Below, piece by piece: positions 1 through 11,300 of a stretch of DNA of 64,000 nucleotides (position 1 is the stretch's first letter; every line of letters begins with the position of its first letter). The notes under the pieces are model-generated. The model saw only the letters and a program-made list of their open reading frames with translations. It was not told where the DNA came from and ran no database searches. The position numbers and the translations under genes are program-made. The DNA is from Bacteroidota bacterium (lineage in GTDB: Bacteria; Bacteroidota; Bacteroidia; UKL13-3), in NCBI GenBank assembly GCA_947485745.1, contig CANKQY010000001.1:742-64741 (forward strand), given 5' to 3'.

Positions 1-1239
1 GCAAGAAACTCCATCATAGCCAATGTGAGCAATATTGGTCATAGAGGTTACCACAGTTTAGGTAAAAACAATATTCAATGGGGCGCTTTTGTGCAATCAG
101 AAAAAATACAAGACAAATTGCATGAATGGTACTACGATGATTCATCAGGATTTTCAAGACCTACCCTCGATACCAATGGTAATTTTGTTTTAAGCAATTA
201 CCTAGATACAAGGCTAAACCTCCAATCATTTAGGATTAATGGTTACGTTCAAAATTCACAAACCATTAACAAAACAAATAACGCAGTGCTTACTTATGGC
301 CTAAGGGCAAATTATTGGAGTTATAACAAAGAAACTGTTGTTAGTCCAAGGGTGCAATTTGGGTTTGAACCAAACCGCAAGCACAACCGATTGGTAAAAG
401 ACAAAACCATTGACGGCAAAATTAGAAAAGATTGGATGGTGAGAGCGGCATACGGATGGTATTATCAACCTCCGTTCTACCGCGAGCTAAGAGATTTTAA
501 TGGCGTATTAAATCCTAATATCAAAGCCCAAAGAGCCATACATTATGTGCTTGGCGGCGATTTAAATTTTATAGCTTGGAACAGGCCATTTAAGTTTGTG
601 ACCGAAGCTTATTACAAAAAATTAGATAACCTTATTCCCTATGAAATTGACAATGTACGCATACGTTATTTTGCCAATAACAATAGCAGTGGCTATGCAA
701 CAGGAATTGATTTTAGGGTAAATGGTGAGTTTGTAAAAGGAGCAGAAAGCTGGGCCAGTTTGAGTTTCATGAAAACACAAGAAAAAATTACCGATGCCAT
801 AGATGGGCAAGGCAAGCCAATAACTCCTAGCTATATTCCTAGACCAACCGACCAAAGGTTTACTTTTGCTATTTTCTTTCAAGATTATTTAAGGAGCAAC
901 CCAAAATTTAGGATGAACCTAAACCTAGTTTATGGAAGTGGAATGCCTTTTGGTGTGCCAGATCGCAATAGATACAATGATATTTACAGAATGCCAAGTT
1001 ACCGGAGGGTAGATTTAGGCTTTAACCGTGTACTGATAGCCGATAACACAAAGGAAAGAGACAATTGGTGGAAACGAAATATTAAGTCGGCTTGGCTTGG
1101 CTTGGAAGTATTTAACTTACTAGGCGTTAACAATACCATCAGTTATATATGGATTGAAGATGTGAGCGCCAACAGGTATGCTGTGCCAAATTATTTAACA
1201 AACAGAAGGGTGAATATTAAATTAATGGCCAAGTTTTAA
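1..1239 (+). CDS. TonB-dependent receptor-like outer-membrane beta-barrel protein, C-terminal part (5' end outside window)
   Basis: Frame is open from base 1. Amphipathic beta-strands, GLRANYW, SPRVQF, QPPFYRELR, EVFNLLG motifs and a terminal Phe (MAKF). Confidence 0.85.
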   Translation, partial: ARNSIIANVSNIGHRGYHSLGKNNIQWGAFVQSEKIQDKLHEWYYDDSSGFSRPTLDTNGNFVLSNYLDTRLNLQSFRINGYVQNSQTINKTNNAVLTYGLRANYWSYNKETVVSPRVQFGFEPNRKHNRLVKDKTIDGKIRKDWMVRAAYGWYYQPPFYRELRDFNGVLNPNIKAQRAIHYVLGGDLNFIAWNRPFKFVTEAYYKKLDNLIPYEIDNVRIRYFANNNSSGYATGIDFRVNGEFVKGAESWASLSFMKTQEKITDAIDGQGKPITPSYIPRPTDQRFTFAIFFQDYLRSNPKFRMNLNLVYGSGMPFGVPDRNRYNDIYRMPSYRRVDLGFNRVLIADNTKERDNWWKRNIKSAWLGLEVFNLLGVNNTISYIWIEDVSANRYAVPNYLTNRRVNIKLMAKF

Positions 1240-1255
1240 GGAGCAAATTTTTACC

Positions 1256-3010
1256 ATGAAGCCGAAAGAAAATACTTCTAAAATTCTTGATTGGAAACTT
1301 CTTGTTAAAATTTTCTCCTTGGCTTTGCCTTATCAACGAAAATTTTATACCGCAGTTTTTTTAACACTTTCAATTGCCATATTAGGACCAATCCGACCCT
1401 ATTTAATTCAGCATACGTTAGATACTTATGTGGCTGTTAAAGACCCGCATGGATTGCTAAATTTTTCTTTATTAATTTTTCTATTGCTCATCATTCAATC
1501 TGTTATGCAATGGTGGAGCACCATTTTAGCAAATTTTTTGGGTCAACAAATCATCTACGACCTGCGAAATAAAGTGTACAAACATTTACTTTCATTGAAG
1601 CTAAAGTTTTTTGACCAAACCCCTGTGGGCACTTTAGTGACAAGGAGTGTGAACGATATTGAAACCATCAGCGAGGTGTTTAGCGAAGGCATGATTAACA
1701 TTGCAGGAGATATTCTTCAAATTGTATTTTTGCTTGTTTTAATGTTTGGAACCAATGTTAAACTATCACTCGTTTGTTTGTCGGTTCTACCATTTTTATT
1801 TTACAGTGGATACCTATTCAAAGAGAAGATCAAAGAAAGTTTTGAGGAGGTGAGAAACGAAGTAGCTAAGCTTAATACTTTTGTTCAGGAGCATTTAAGT
1901 GGCATGCAAATAGTGCAACTATTTAACCGAGAGGAAAGGGAATATGAGTCGTTTAAAGAAATAAACAAACGTCACCGAGATGCAAATATCAAAAGCGTAT
2001 TTTATTACTCAGTTTTCTTCCCAGTGGTTGAGGTATTATCTGCTATTTCCATAGGCTTATTAGTCTGGTATGGAGCCAAAGGTGTGCTAACCCAAGATAT
2101 TACCATTGGCACTTTAATTGCCTTTATTCTTTATATCAACTTATTTTTTAGACCCATAAGAACGCTTGCCGATAGATTTAATAATTTACAAATGGGCATG
2201 ATAGCCTCTGAAAGAATTTTTTTGTTGATGGAAGATGAAAGAGATAAAGAAATTGAAGGAACAATAGCATTAACCCATACCAATGGCAATATTCAATTTA
2301 AAGATGTTTATTTTTCATATATACCTGGGCAAGCAGTATTAAAAAACATCAACTTCCAAGTAGAAAAAGGAAAAACGATTGCCTTGGTTGGCGCAACAGG
2401 AGCTGGCAAATCTAGTATTATTAACCTATTGAGCAGGTTCTATGAAATTGAATCGGGTTCTATTTTAATGGATGGACATTCAATTAATGATTATACCTTA
2501 GCAAGTTTACGAAAAAAAATAAGTGTGGTCATGCAAGATGTTTTTCTGTTTACTGGAACCATTATAGAAAACGTTCAGCTATACGACAAAAGCATATCTG
2601 AAGAAAAAATAATTGCTACAGCAAAGCTATTAGGAGCCCATCATTTCATTAGCAATATGCCAAATGGCTACCACCAAAAAGTAACAGAGAGAGGAGCAAA
2701 TCTATCGGTGGGTCAAAGGCAATTGATTTCATTTGTAAGGGCAATGGTAGTAGATCCTGCTATACTTGTTTTAGATGAAGCCACATCCTCCATTGACCAT
2801 GAAACGGAGGAGATTATTCAAGAAGCAATCATTAAAATGCGCGAAGGCAGAAGCAGCATTGTAATTGCGCACAGACTAAGTACCATAGCCAATGCCGATG
2901 AAATATTGGTATTAGAAAAAGGCGAAATTGTAGAGCGTGGCACCCACAACAACCTACTTCAAAATAGCGGTTACTACAAAAAATTGTACGAACACCAATT
3001 TGCAGATTAG
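1256..3010 (+). CDS. ABC transporter fused permease/ATP-binding protein (MsbA/MdlB-like exporter)
   Basis: N-terminal TM domain; Walker A GATGAGKS, signature LSVGQRQ, Walker B ILVLDEATS, H-loop IAHRLST. Confidence 0.95.
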   Translation: MKPKENTSKILDWKLLVKIFSLALPYQRKFYTAVFLTLSIAILGPIRPYLIQHTLDTYVAVKDPHGLLNFSLLIFLLLIIQSVMQWWSTILANFLGQQIIYDLRNKVYKHLLSLKLKFFDQTPVGTLVTRSVNDIETISEVFSEGMINIAGDILQIVFLLVLMFGTNVKLSLVCLSVLPFLFYSGYLFKEKIKESFEEVRNEVAKLNTFVQEHLSGMQIVQLFNREEREYESFKEINKRHRDANIKSVFYYSVFFPVVEVLSAISIGLLVWYGAKGVLTQDITIGTLIAFILYINLFFRPIRTLADRFNNLQMGMIASERIFLLMEDERDKEIEGTIALTHTNGNIQFKDVYFSYIPGQAVLKNINFQVEKGKTIALVGATGAGKSSIINLLSRFYEIESGSILMDGHSINDYTLASLRKKISVVMQDVFLFTGTIIENVQLYDKSISEEKIIATAKLLGAHHFISNMPNGYHQKVTERGANLSVGQRQLISFVRAMVVDPAILVLDEATSSIDHETEEIIQEAIIKMREGRSSIVIAHRLSTIANADEILVLEKGEIVERGTHNNLLQNSGYYKKLYEHQFAD

Positions 3011-3133
3011 GTGCAAATGTCAAAATAATGGCCAGCAAATGATTGGGTCATTGAATATTCAAAATTGTATTTGAACTGGCCCACTTCAAAATCTATTATT
3101 TTCTTATATTCGCAAAACATAAAATTTAAACGT

Positions 3134-3877
3134 ATGAATCTATCTGGAAAAACAGTTTTGGTCACTGGCGCTTCGCGCGGAATTGGCAAAGGCATTGCCC
3201 AAACTTTAGCGGCAGCTGGTGCCAATATTGCCTTTACTTTTGTGAGTTCTGTTGAAAAAGCACAAGCATTTGAAAAAGAATTAGTGGCATCGGGCGTTAA
3301 AGCCAAAGGATACCAAAGCAATGCCGCAGATTTTTCTGAAGCCGAAAAGTTAGTAGAAGAGATTATGAAAGAATTTGGTAGCCTTGATGTATTGGTAAAT
3401 AATGCCGGTATTACCAGAGATAATTTACTCATGCGCATGAGCGAACAACAGTGGGACGATGTGTTAGATACCAATTTAAAATCGGCATTTGCCATGACAA
3501 AAGCGGCCATAAAACCAATGATGAAAGCCAAAGCTGGCTCTATTATCAATATTACATCTATTGTTGGTATTACTGGCAATGCTGGCCAGGCCAACTATGC
3601 CGCTTCCAAAGCAGGTATGATAGGCTTAACTAAATCTGTAGCCAAAGAATTAGGTTCAAGAAACATTAGGTGTAATGCCATAGCACCTGGTTTTATAGAA
3701 ACCGAAATGACCGAAACATTGAGTGAAGAAGTACGCGCAGAATGGGTGAAAGGAATTCCTTTGAAACGTGGTGGAAAACCAGAAGATGTTGCCAATTGCG
3801 TATTGTTCTTAGCTTCCGATGCTTCTGCATATATTAGCGGCCAAACCATCAACGTTTGTGGTGGTATGGTTATGTAA
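3134..3877 (+). CDS. fabG: 3-oxoacyl-ACP reductase
   Basis: TGASRGIG, NNAGITRD, YAASK SDR motifs. Start moved to ATG 3134 (MNLSGKTVLV). Confidence 0.93.
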   Translation: MNLSGKTVLVTGASRGIGKGIAQTLAAAGANIAFTFVSSVEKAQAFEKELVASGVKAKGYQSNAADFSEAEKLVEEIMKEFGSLDVLVNNAGITRDNLLMRMSEQQWDDVLDTNLKSAFAMTKAAIKPMMKAKAGSIINITSIVGITGNAGQANYAASKAGMIGLTKSVAKELGSRNIRCNAIAPGFIETEMTETLSEEVRAEWVKGIPLKRGGKPEDVANCVLFLASDASAYISGQTINVCGGMVM

Positions 3878-3888
3878 GTATTCAATTC

Positions 3889-5973
3889 ATGTTTTTTAAT
3901 TCTGCTTATCCGGTTTTATGGTTACTGGCCAGTTTTGCATTGGCCCTTGGGGTAAGCTATGCACTGTATAGGAATAATCCCCTTAAGTTTAGCAATAAAT
4001 GGATGGAATATACCATCATGGTTACTCGCTTCTTAGTTGTTTTCTTGATTTGTTTTTTACTGCTTGAACCCATGATAAAATGGGTAACAGAAAGAAAAGA
4101 AAAACCTATTTTAGTATTGGCCATTGATAACAGTGAATCTATGAAGCAAAGCAAAGATTCTAGCTACTTAAACAATTTATTTAGCAATGACTTAGCATCA
4201 TTTAAAGAGGCTGTCTCAAATAGATTTGATGTTGTTACTTATACTTTAGGTGAAAAAACGAAGAAAGAAAATACCTATAGCTTCAAAGAAAAATTAAGTA
4301 ATATATCTGATGCGTTGGTTCAGATAGAAAACGACCAGTATAACTTAAACCATACGGCAACTATACTCATAAGTGATGGTATTTATAACCAAGGAAGTAA
4401 TCCTACTTATGCTTTGCAAAAAGGTTCGGCTCCCATATACACCATTGCCATTGGCGATACCACGCAAAAAAAAGATGCCCTCATTGGTAAGGTAAAGCAT
4501 AGCAATACAGTTTATGCTGGCAACGACTTTGAAGTAATGGCAGATGTAAAAGCTTTTTTCTGTAATGGCGAAAACATCAACATCAGTTTGAGTGAGGGCA
4601 ATGAATTATTGTTTAGCTCAAATATAATAGCGCGTGGCAATAGCTTTTACAGCACACAAAAAATAAGGTTGATCAACGCCAAAGAAGGCTTGCATACCTA
4701 CCAAATAAGTATTGCACCCTTAAACAAAGAGTCGAATCTATTGAATAATAAAATACAAATTCAAGTAAATGTGGTTCGAACCAAACAAAAGATAGTATTA
4801 CTTTATTTAAACGCTCACCCAGATATTGGCGCCATTGTAAAAAGCCTAGAAGACAATCCAAACTATGAGCTCTCTAGCTATTCATTGTCTGATTACAAAG
4901 ATGAAGGCATGAATGAGGCAAGTATGTTTATCCTGCATCAAGTGCCAGGTGCAAGAGGAGAAGGCTTTAAATTATTGCAACGTTTGCAACAAAATAATGT
5001 CCCTATTTTTCATATCATAGGTAGGCAAACTGGCTTAGCCTTTTTAGCCAATGCAGGCACTTTAAAAATAACCGGACCAGCGCAAAATAGCAATGAATCA
5101 CAAGCGTGGGTGAACGATAATTTTCCTTATTTTCAAATAGACGAAAATCTAAAGATGAGTATCCAGAAATTTGCTCCTCTTACCTCGCCTTATGGCAATT
5201 ACCAAATACCTGCCGAAGCACCTATACTTTTATTTCAACAAATAGGTTTAGTAAAAACAAATACTCCGCTTTTATTTTTTACCAATTCAAAAGGATTTAA
5301 CCAATCATTCCTATGCGGAGAGGGCTTCTGGCGTTGGCGTTTGCAAGATTTCGTTTTGAACCAAAACCAATTCAATACCCAAACTTTTATTTCTAAAATT
5401 ATTCAATGGACAGCAGGTAAAAACGACCGAAGCAAATTTAGGGTCAACCCTAGCAAAAAATTCTATGACGAAAATGAATCGGTGGTTTTTGAAGCAGAAC
5501 TTTTTAATGAGCTCAATGAAAGAATAAACAACAAAGAAATTAGCCTAACCTTAAAAAATGAGGCGCAAAAAACATTTAACTTTCAATTTAGTAAAACAGG
5601 GCAAGCTTATAACTTAGATATTGGAAATATTGCTCCTGGAAAATACTCCTATGAGGCAAAAGTAAATAGTGCAACAAATTTAAATGTACCCAAAGGCCAA
5701 ATTCATATCAGGTCGTTACAAATAGAAGCCATGCAAACCAAGGCAGATTATCAGTTATTGGAAGCAATATCATCTGAAACAAATGGCAAGGCTTATACCA
5801 AAAATGATTGGCAAAAATTAGCTGCCGAATTGCTAGAAAATAGCAATATGAAAACAGTTGTTTACAAGCAAGATGAGCTAAAGAATTTGTTGCATCAAAA
5901 ATGGATTTTCTTTCTAATACTAGTGTTGCTCAGCCTTGAATGGCTTACAAGGAAATGGAATGGCTTTATTTAG
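3889..5973 (+). CDS. Conserved membrane-anchored VWA-like domain protein
   Basis: Two N-terminal TM helices, MIDAS-like DNSES, ISDG, GEGFWRWRL, and C-terminal TM ending EWLTRKWNG. Start set at ATG 3889 after the fabG stop. Confidence 0.75.
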   Translation: MFFNSAYPVLWLLASFALALGVSYALYRNNPLKFSNKWMEYTIMVTRFLVVFLICFLLLEPMIKWVTERKEKPILVLAIDNSESMKQSKDSSYLNNLFSNDLASFKEAVSNRFDVVTYTLGEKTKKENTYSFKEKLSNISDALVQIENDQYNLNHTATILISDGIYNQGSNPTYALQKGSAPIYTIAIGDTTQKKDALIGKVKHSNTVYAGNDFEVMADVKAFFCNGENINISLSEGNELLFSSNIIARGNSFYSTQKIRLINAKEGLHTYQISIAPLNKESNLLNNKIQIQVNVVRTKQKIVLLYLNAHPDIGAIVKSLEDNPNYELSSYSLSDYKDEGMNEASMFILHQVPGARGEGFKLLQRLQQNNVPIFHIIGRQTGLAFLANAGTLKITGPAQNSNESQAWVNDNFPYFQIDENLKMSIQKFAPLTSPYGNYQIPAEAPILLFQQIGLVKTNTPLLFFTNSKGFNQSFLCGEGFWRWRLQDFVLNQNQFNTQTFISKIIQWTAGKNDRSKFRVNPSKKFYDENESVVFEAELFNELNERINNKEISLTLKNEAQKTFNFQFSKTGQAYNLDIGNIAPGKYSYEAKVNSATNLNVPKGQIHIRSLQIEAMQTKADYQLLEAISSETNGKAYTKNDWQKLAAELLENSNMKTVVYKQDELKNLLHQKWIFFLILVLLSLEWLTRKWNGFI

Positions 5974-6050
5974 TTGTTTTTTTACGCACAAAGCCTGCAA
6001 TCAAATTTTTTAATGCTTAGACAGCCTTTTAAATGGCTGATTGGTTAACC

Positions 6051-6644
6051 TTATTGCTCCTTCATACCTTTGTTGAAACAATGCCTACATCTTGCCTCAT
6101 AGCTATCCTTTTCGCCAAGCATAATGAGTGATTCATGACTAGTCTTTCGAAAAGAATGAGTAGCTAAATCTCCACAAACCATGCAAATGGCATGTACCTT
6201 GGTAACATATTCTGCAATGGCCATTAATTGAGGCATTACCCCAAAGGGCTTACCTAAATAATCCATATCAAGACCTGCAACTATAACCCTAATGCCTTGT
6301 TCAGCCAATTTTTCACATACATAAAGCAATTCGCTATCAAAAAATTGAGCCTCATCAATGCCAACTACAGTGGCATCATTGCTCATCAACAAAATATTCA
6401 AAGAATTACTAACTGGGGTTGATAAAATGGCATTATCATTGTGCGATACAACTTTGGTTTCATCATATCGAACATCAACGGTAGGCTTAAAAATTTCAAC
6501 TTTTTGATTGGCTATTTTTGCCCTATTTATTCTCCTAATTAGCTCCTCCGTTTTGCCCGAAAACATGGAACCACAAATAACTTCAACCCATCCTTTACGT
6601 TGGTTTAAATTATGCCTTGGTTCTATAAACATTTGTTCAATCAT
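6051..6644 (-). CDS. tdk: Thymidine kinase
   Basis: GSMFSGKTEELIRR, IDEAQFF, Zn-binding CMVC and YEARCRHC. Confidence 0.97.
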   Translation of the reverse strand: MIEQMFIEPRHNLNQRKGWVEVICGSMFSGKTEELIRRINRAKIANQKVEIFKPTVDVRYDETKVVSHNDNAILSTPVSNSLNILLMSNDATVVGIDEAQFFDSELLYVCEKLAEQGIRVIVAGLDMDYLGKPFGVMPQLMAIAEYVTKVHAICMVCGDLATHSFRKTSHESLIMLGEKDSYEARCRHCFNKGMKEQ

Positions 6645-6709
6645 GTGTTTGCTCTACTATGCTAAATGGCCAACTAATATCTTAAATTGTTGATTATTTT
6701 ATTTCAATT

Positions 6710-7693
6710 ATGTTAAAATTTGTAGAAATAAAGATGCAAGTTATGAATTCTCTTCAGTTGGTAAGCAAAATCAGGTCGAAAACAGACCATCTCAATCAAA
6801 ATATTTCAGAATTACTAAATGGCAAGCTTCCATTTAATAGTATAGACAAGGATGTATTGAAAAAGCAATGTCTTGATTTATACGAACTTATTTTAAAATT
6901 AAAAACAGATTCAGAGCTTATTGAAGAGAAAAACATCCAAAAAAGTTTTCAGCAAATTACCCAAGAAATTGAGGTTCCAAGTTCGGTTCAAACCAAAATT
7001 GAAGAGAAAAAAATTGAACCCGAACCAATATTGCCAATAGAAGAGCCAAAAGAAACCTTCATAGAAAAATTAATAGAACCTGTTGTAGCAACCCAAAATT
7101 TTCAAGAGGTAATTTTCTTGGCCGATAAAAAAATGGAGTCGTTGGATGAAATTATTAGTAAGGTAGAAATTCAAGAAACAGCAGAAATTCTAGTTGCTGA
7201 AGATTCATTTGTTGCTGAGGATATAGAAATAGAGGAAATGGAAATTGCATCATTCGAAAACAGAGATCTTCCTCCTGTAAACATTGAAAAGGCTATTGAA
7301 AACAAAAGAATTCAATATACCGTAATGCCAGATAGAGAGGAGCAAAAAACAGTGCCACTCAATGCCACTTTCAAGGAAAAAGAACTTACCTATAACGAAA
7401 AAATTGCCCAGGTAAATCCACCAGTGATTATCCCAATGGCCGAGAATACCATTGAAGCACCTATAGATAGTATCAAATCTGCCATTAACCTCAATAAGAA
7501 GATTTCATTTGTAAACGAGCTATTTAAAGAAAATGTGGTTGAATACGCCAAAGCAATTGACCGCATGAACAATGCAAATGATAGAAATGATGCCTTCCGA
7601 ATTTACAACGAGTTAAAGCACCATTACAATTGGGACAATAACCATGAATTGGTGCACGACATAGAAAGATTGATTAAGCGCAGGTTTACTTAA
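6710..7693 (+). CDS. Hypothetical protein with acidic linker and helical C-terminal domain
   Basis: 327-aa ORF; C-terminal IKSAINLNKKISFVNELF...IKRRF resembles a common Bacteroidota hypothetical domain. Start uncertain (6710 or 6734). Confidence 0.7.
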   Translation: MLKFVEIKMQVMNSLQLVSKIRSKTDHLNQNISELLNGKLPFNSIDKDVLKKQCLDLYELILKLKTDSELIEEKNIQKSFQQITQEIEVPSSVQTKIEEKKIEPEPILPIEEPKETFIEKLIEPVVATQNFQEVIFLADKKMESLDEIISKVEIQETAEILVAEDSFVAEDIEIEEMEIASFENRDLPPVNIEKAIENKRIQYTVMPDREEQKTVPLNATFKEKELTYNEKIAQVNPPVIIPMAENTIEAPIDSIKSAINLNKKISFVNELFKENVVEYAKAIDRMNNANDRNDAFRIYNELKHHYNWDNNHELVHDIERLIKRRFT

Positions 7694-8133
7694 TCAATTT
7701 TCTTTTCAAAAATTCTCACCAACAATTCATCTAATTTTTTAATATCCTCAGGCAAATTAGGATCACGTGTATCCCACTTCCACTCCTGCAATTCAACACC
7801 TTTTCTCAGCCTTACAAAATGCGTTTCTTCGCCAATGGTATAAATGGTATTGTTGCTTTGCTTCATTTGATCAACCGTAGCATAAATAAATTCTGCATCC
7901 TTTTCTTTTACTTTTTTGTACTCTGTATACCTATTGGTAATAGTACTTTTTTGAAATAACTGTCCATTCTCTGACAAAATATAAGTATTGGTACCACCCG
8001 TTTTTTGATTCATGTAACCAAATTCCAACCTTAATTCTGGAATGGTGTCTCTGGTATATTTCTTACTACTGCATGAAAATAGCATTATACTTGCCATCAA
8101 AAATGCCCCTAAACTACCCTTAAATACTTTCAT
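7690..8133 (-). CDS. Hypothetical lipoprotein
   Basis: Signal peptide with lipobox LFSC followed by SSKK. Confidence 0.75.
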   Translation of the reverse strand: MKVFKGSLGAFLMASIMLFSCSSKKYTRDTIPELRLEFGYMNQKTGGTNTYILSENGQLFQKSTITNRYTEYKKVKEKDAEFIYATVDQMKQSNNTIYTIGEETHFVRLRKGVELQEWKWDTRDPNLPEDIKKLDELLVRIFEKKID

Positions 8134-8268
8134 AGTTTACCTAATTAATGTTGTATTAAAATTGTTTGCCAAGTTTATCATGCAATATCATAACAAATCA
8201 AATATAATGCCAATTGCTTTGATAAAATAATCACTCAAATAATTATACTATTTAGCTTGAGGCATATG

Positions 8269-8305
8269 CAAAAAAAAACCTTCCCAATTTCTTGGGAAGG
8301 TTTTT
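8269..8305 (-). terminator. Rho-independent terminator (possibly bidirectional) after the 2037-aa gene
   Basis: AAAACCTTCCCAA-tttc-TTGGGAAGGTTTT hairpin with an A-tract on + (U-tract on -). Confidence 0.9.
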
Positions 8306-8310
8306 CTAAA

Positions 8311-11300
8311 TTACTCTCGCAATAGCGTTATGGTTCCCCTTACGGTTACCTCCTCTTTGCCTCTCAATTGGTATTTGAAAACAAAATAGTAAGTACCTTC
8401 TGGGTTATCTTCTCCGGTATTGTTGGTTTTTCCATTCCACATTACTTTCGCATCTGTGCTTTCGAAAACTTTACCACCCCAACGATTCCAAATTTTCAAA
8501 TCATAAACTTCATTACCCTTAATTTTAATATTGAAAACATCATTATAGCCGTCGCCATTTGGTGTGAAAACGTTAGGGATATCAATTTCAGTTTGAAAGT
8601 TATTATTTACTTTCTTACATACCGAATCGTAACAATTGTCAACTCCTTCAGTTAAAGCCCAAATACAAATCCAGAAATCACCTGTATCGTTTTTAAAATC
8701 AACTACACCTAAGTGGAAATATGGATCATTGTTACTTGGAACATACAATTTAGGCAAATACTCAGAACCATCTGGTCTATATATTGCCCAATAGTAGCTG
8801 CTTGCATTGGCACTATCACTCTTGTTTAAAACAGCATATTTAGGCAATTCAATAAGCGTTGCATCCAAATCTGCTTTGGTTTTCAAAGCTGTTACCTGAA
8901 CCGTATCTTTAGATTCACACTTAGGAGTGTTTGGAATAAACCTAGTTGAATGCATTACCAAATTATACTTACCTGATTGGTAGAAAACATACTTAAAGGC
9001 AGAATCTTGATCAAAATTTGTTTTGAATGCAGTATCTGCTATTGCGGTAAAGTTTTCATTGAAAGCATACATTCTAAATTTGGTAATGGTATCCATGTCA
9101 GAAAGATTGCTCACTTTAAATACTTCACCTACGCAAACTTTATCCTTATCGGTTTCCATTTCTACATGATAAGGATTTTTCACGTAAATCTTAATTGCTT
9201 TTTCAAGACCATTTATTGTATCTGGTATAATAATTGGTGGGCAAGTTGCCAACACTGGTGGGTTCTTATCATAGCCAGCTGCAGTTATGTAGTAAATACC
9301 TTCTGTATCGTATATGATGTCAATGGTATCTGGATTATTGGTAACAATGGCATTGTAAACACCATCCGACCTACCAGAACGAATTAAGGTTGATGCTGTA
9401 GCACTTAGTGTTCCCGAATCGTTTGGAAAACTCACTACCCTCACCTTATAAGGAACGCAGCCTAACGTATCACTTAACAATTTAATCCTTGGTCTTGGTC
9501 CTGAAATATACACATCTTGCCTAGTGGTATCAAAACAACCTTGGTTGGTTTCTATCACCATCATTACATTGTACCAACCATTTTTCCTATATGGATAATA
9601 TGGATTTAATAAAGTAGAGAAGTAATTGTCTTTACCGTAACCATTGTCTCCAAACCACCACCTGCGCTCTTTAATTTGATCGCAAGGATAGCCTGTCGTA
9701 GCAAAGCAATTATCAATTACATAAGATGAGTCGAAGAAAATAGTTGGATCGCTACAAGCAAATATTCCCTTACTTAAGAATTTTGCTTTTGGCTCCACTA
9801 CATCCTGGTACATAAAACAAGTATCAAAATAACCAACTGTATCTCTTGTAATCATAGAAATTTTAAACTTGCCTGGCTTGTCAAACTTATAAGATGGATT
9901 CTTTCCAGTGGCATCAATAATACCATCTGATTGGAAATCCCAATAGATTCTTTCATAGAAATTGGTGTCTACTTTTACACAGAAATTGTAAATATTAGGT
10001 GCTGTTCCTTGCTGAATAAACTGCCAGCCGGTGGCACAACTATTAGCTATGGTAGAATAATATTTCGTAACATTAGGGAAGGTTTTTATTGAATCAATTG
10101 GATAATTGATCATACCTGCTCCATGTAAATCCAAAAATCTCAAAAGAGGCTCCTCTCCCGGTGAAAGCGGCCTTGAAGGATTATATTGCCCACCCGATTT
10201 AGGATACCAATACCTGATTGAATCTACAAAGTTTACTGTTTGTCCAATACATAAAACACCATCCGACAGGTTATTGCCCTCCTTCATGTAGAAGGTATCC
10301 ATTACACCAATAACTATTTGGCGACTAGCAGCGTTTGTGCACTCTGTAACTGTAACAACGTTATGTTGAACCTCTGTTATTTCGTTCTTTTTCAAAGTAG
10401 AACCCGGAGCTGCTGGCATTTCGTACGACGACATAAAATACTGGTGACGCACAGGATGCAAAAAGAATGCGGTATCTATTAAAGTATTTACCTGTTTAAT
10501 AGCCTGTGGAGGATACTGGTGAGTTGGATCTGTACATTGCCAAATGGTATCAAACCTCACAGATTTAAATACCCTTACCCCAACTGGATATGGTATGGTT
10601 TGTGATAAAATTGTCCATGGCGCTGTTTCCGCAGAAAACTGGTAACGTACTCGATTTCTCGGATAGGTATTCTTTTCAAAAAACGCACTGTCATTGGGGA
10701 AATTAATTGGGTCTAATTTCACAAAAGTATCTTCCGCATTGGTATAAAATGAGTCAACAGTTAAAGTACCATCTGCCCAATCCCAAACATCGGCCAAAAT
10801 AAAATCTTGTTGCTTGGTATTTGCATCAAATTCAATAATATCACCTTTACCAAACAACCTGCTCCAAGGCTCACGATAACCACCATTTGGCGTAAACAAC
10901 AATGGCGGTGTACCAGCTGGGTTTGTTTGAATAAAGTTTCGAGTAGTATCCCATCCATAATCTTGGCTTGGCAACATACTAGGATTTCCATAAGCTGAAT
11001 AGCCACCCACTTTTCTATAAGTGAATTTTGCATCTAAGCTAATAAAGTGGAAAAAGTTATGGTACCAAACGGTATCGGTAAAACAGGCTGGCTGACTAGC
11101 AGGTGTGCCACATGTACTGATATTTAAACAGCCAGTACCTAATATTAACCCAACTGTAACATAACCTCTTTTATCCTTTGGACTATTTGTATAAGGCCAA
11201 GCTCCATTTGGTTTGTAATGAGTCCAGTTAACTGCACCATTTGGATCTGTCCAAGGACCACCTGGGAATGGAGGGAAATTAACCAAATTAAAGAAACCAG

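Noticed and set aside
3007..3594. 195-aa ORF antisense to fabG, and similar shadow ORFs inside the large genes
   Set aside because: Antisense or off-frame shadows of well-supported genes.
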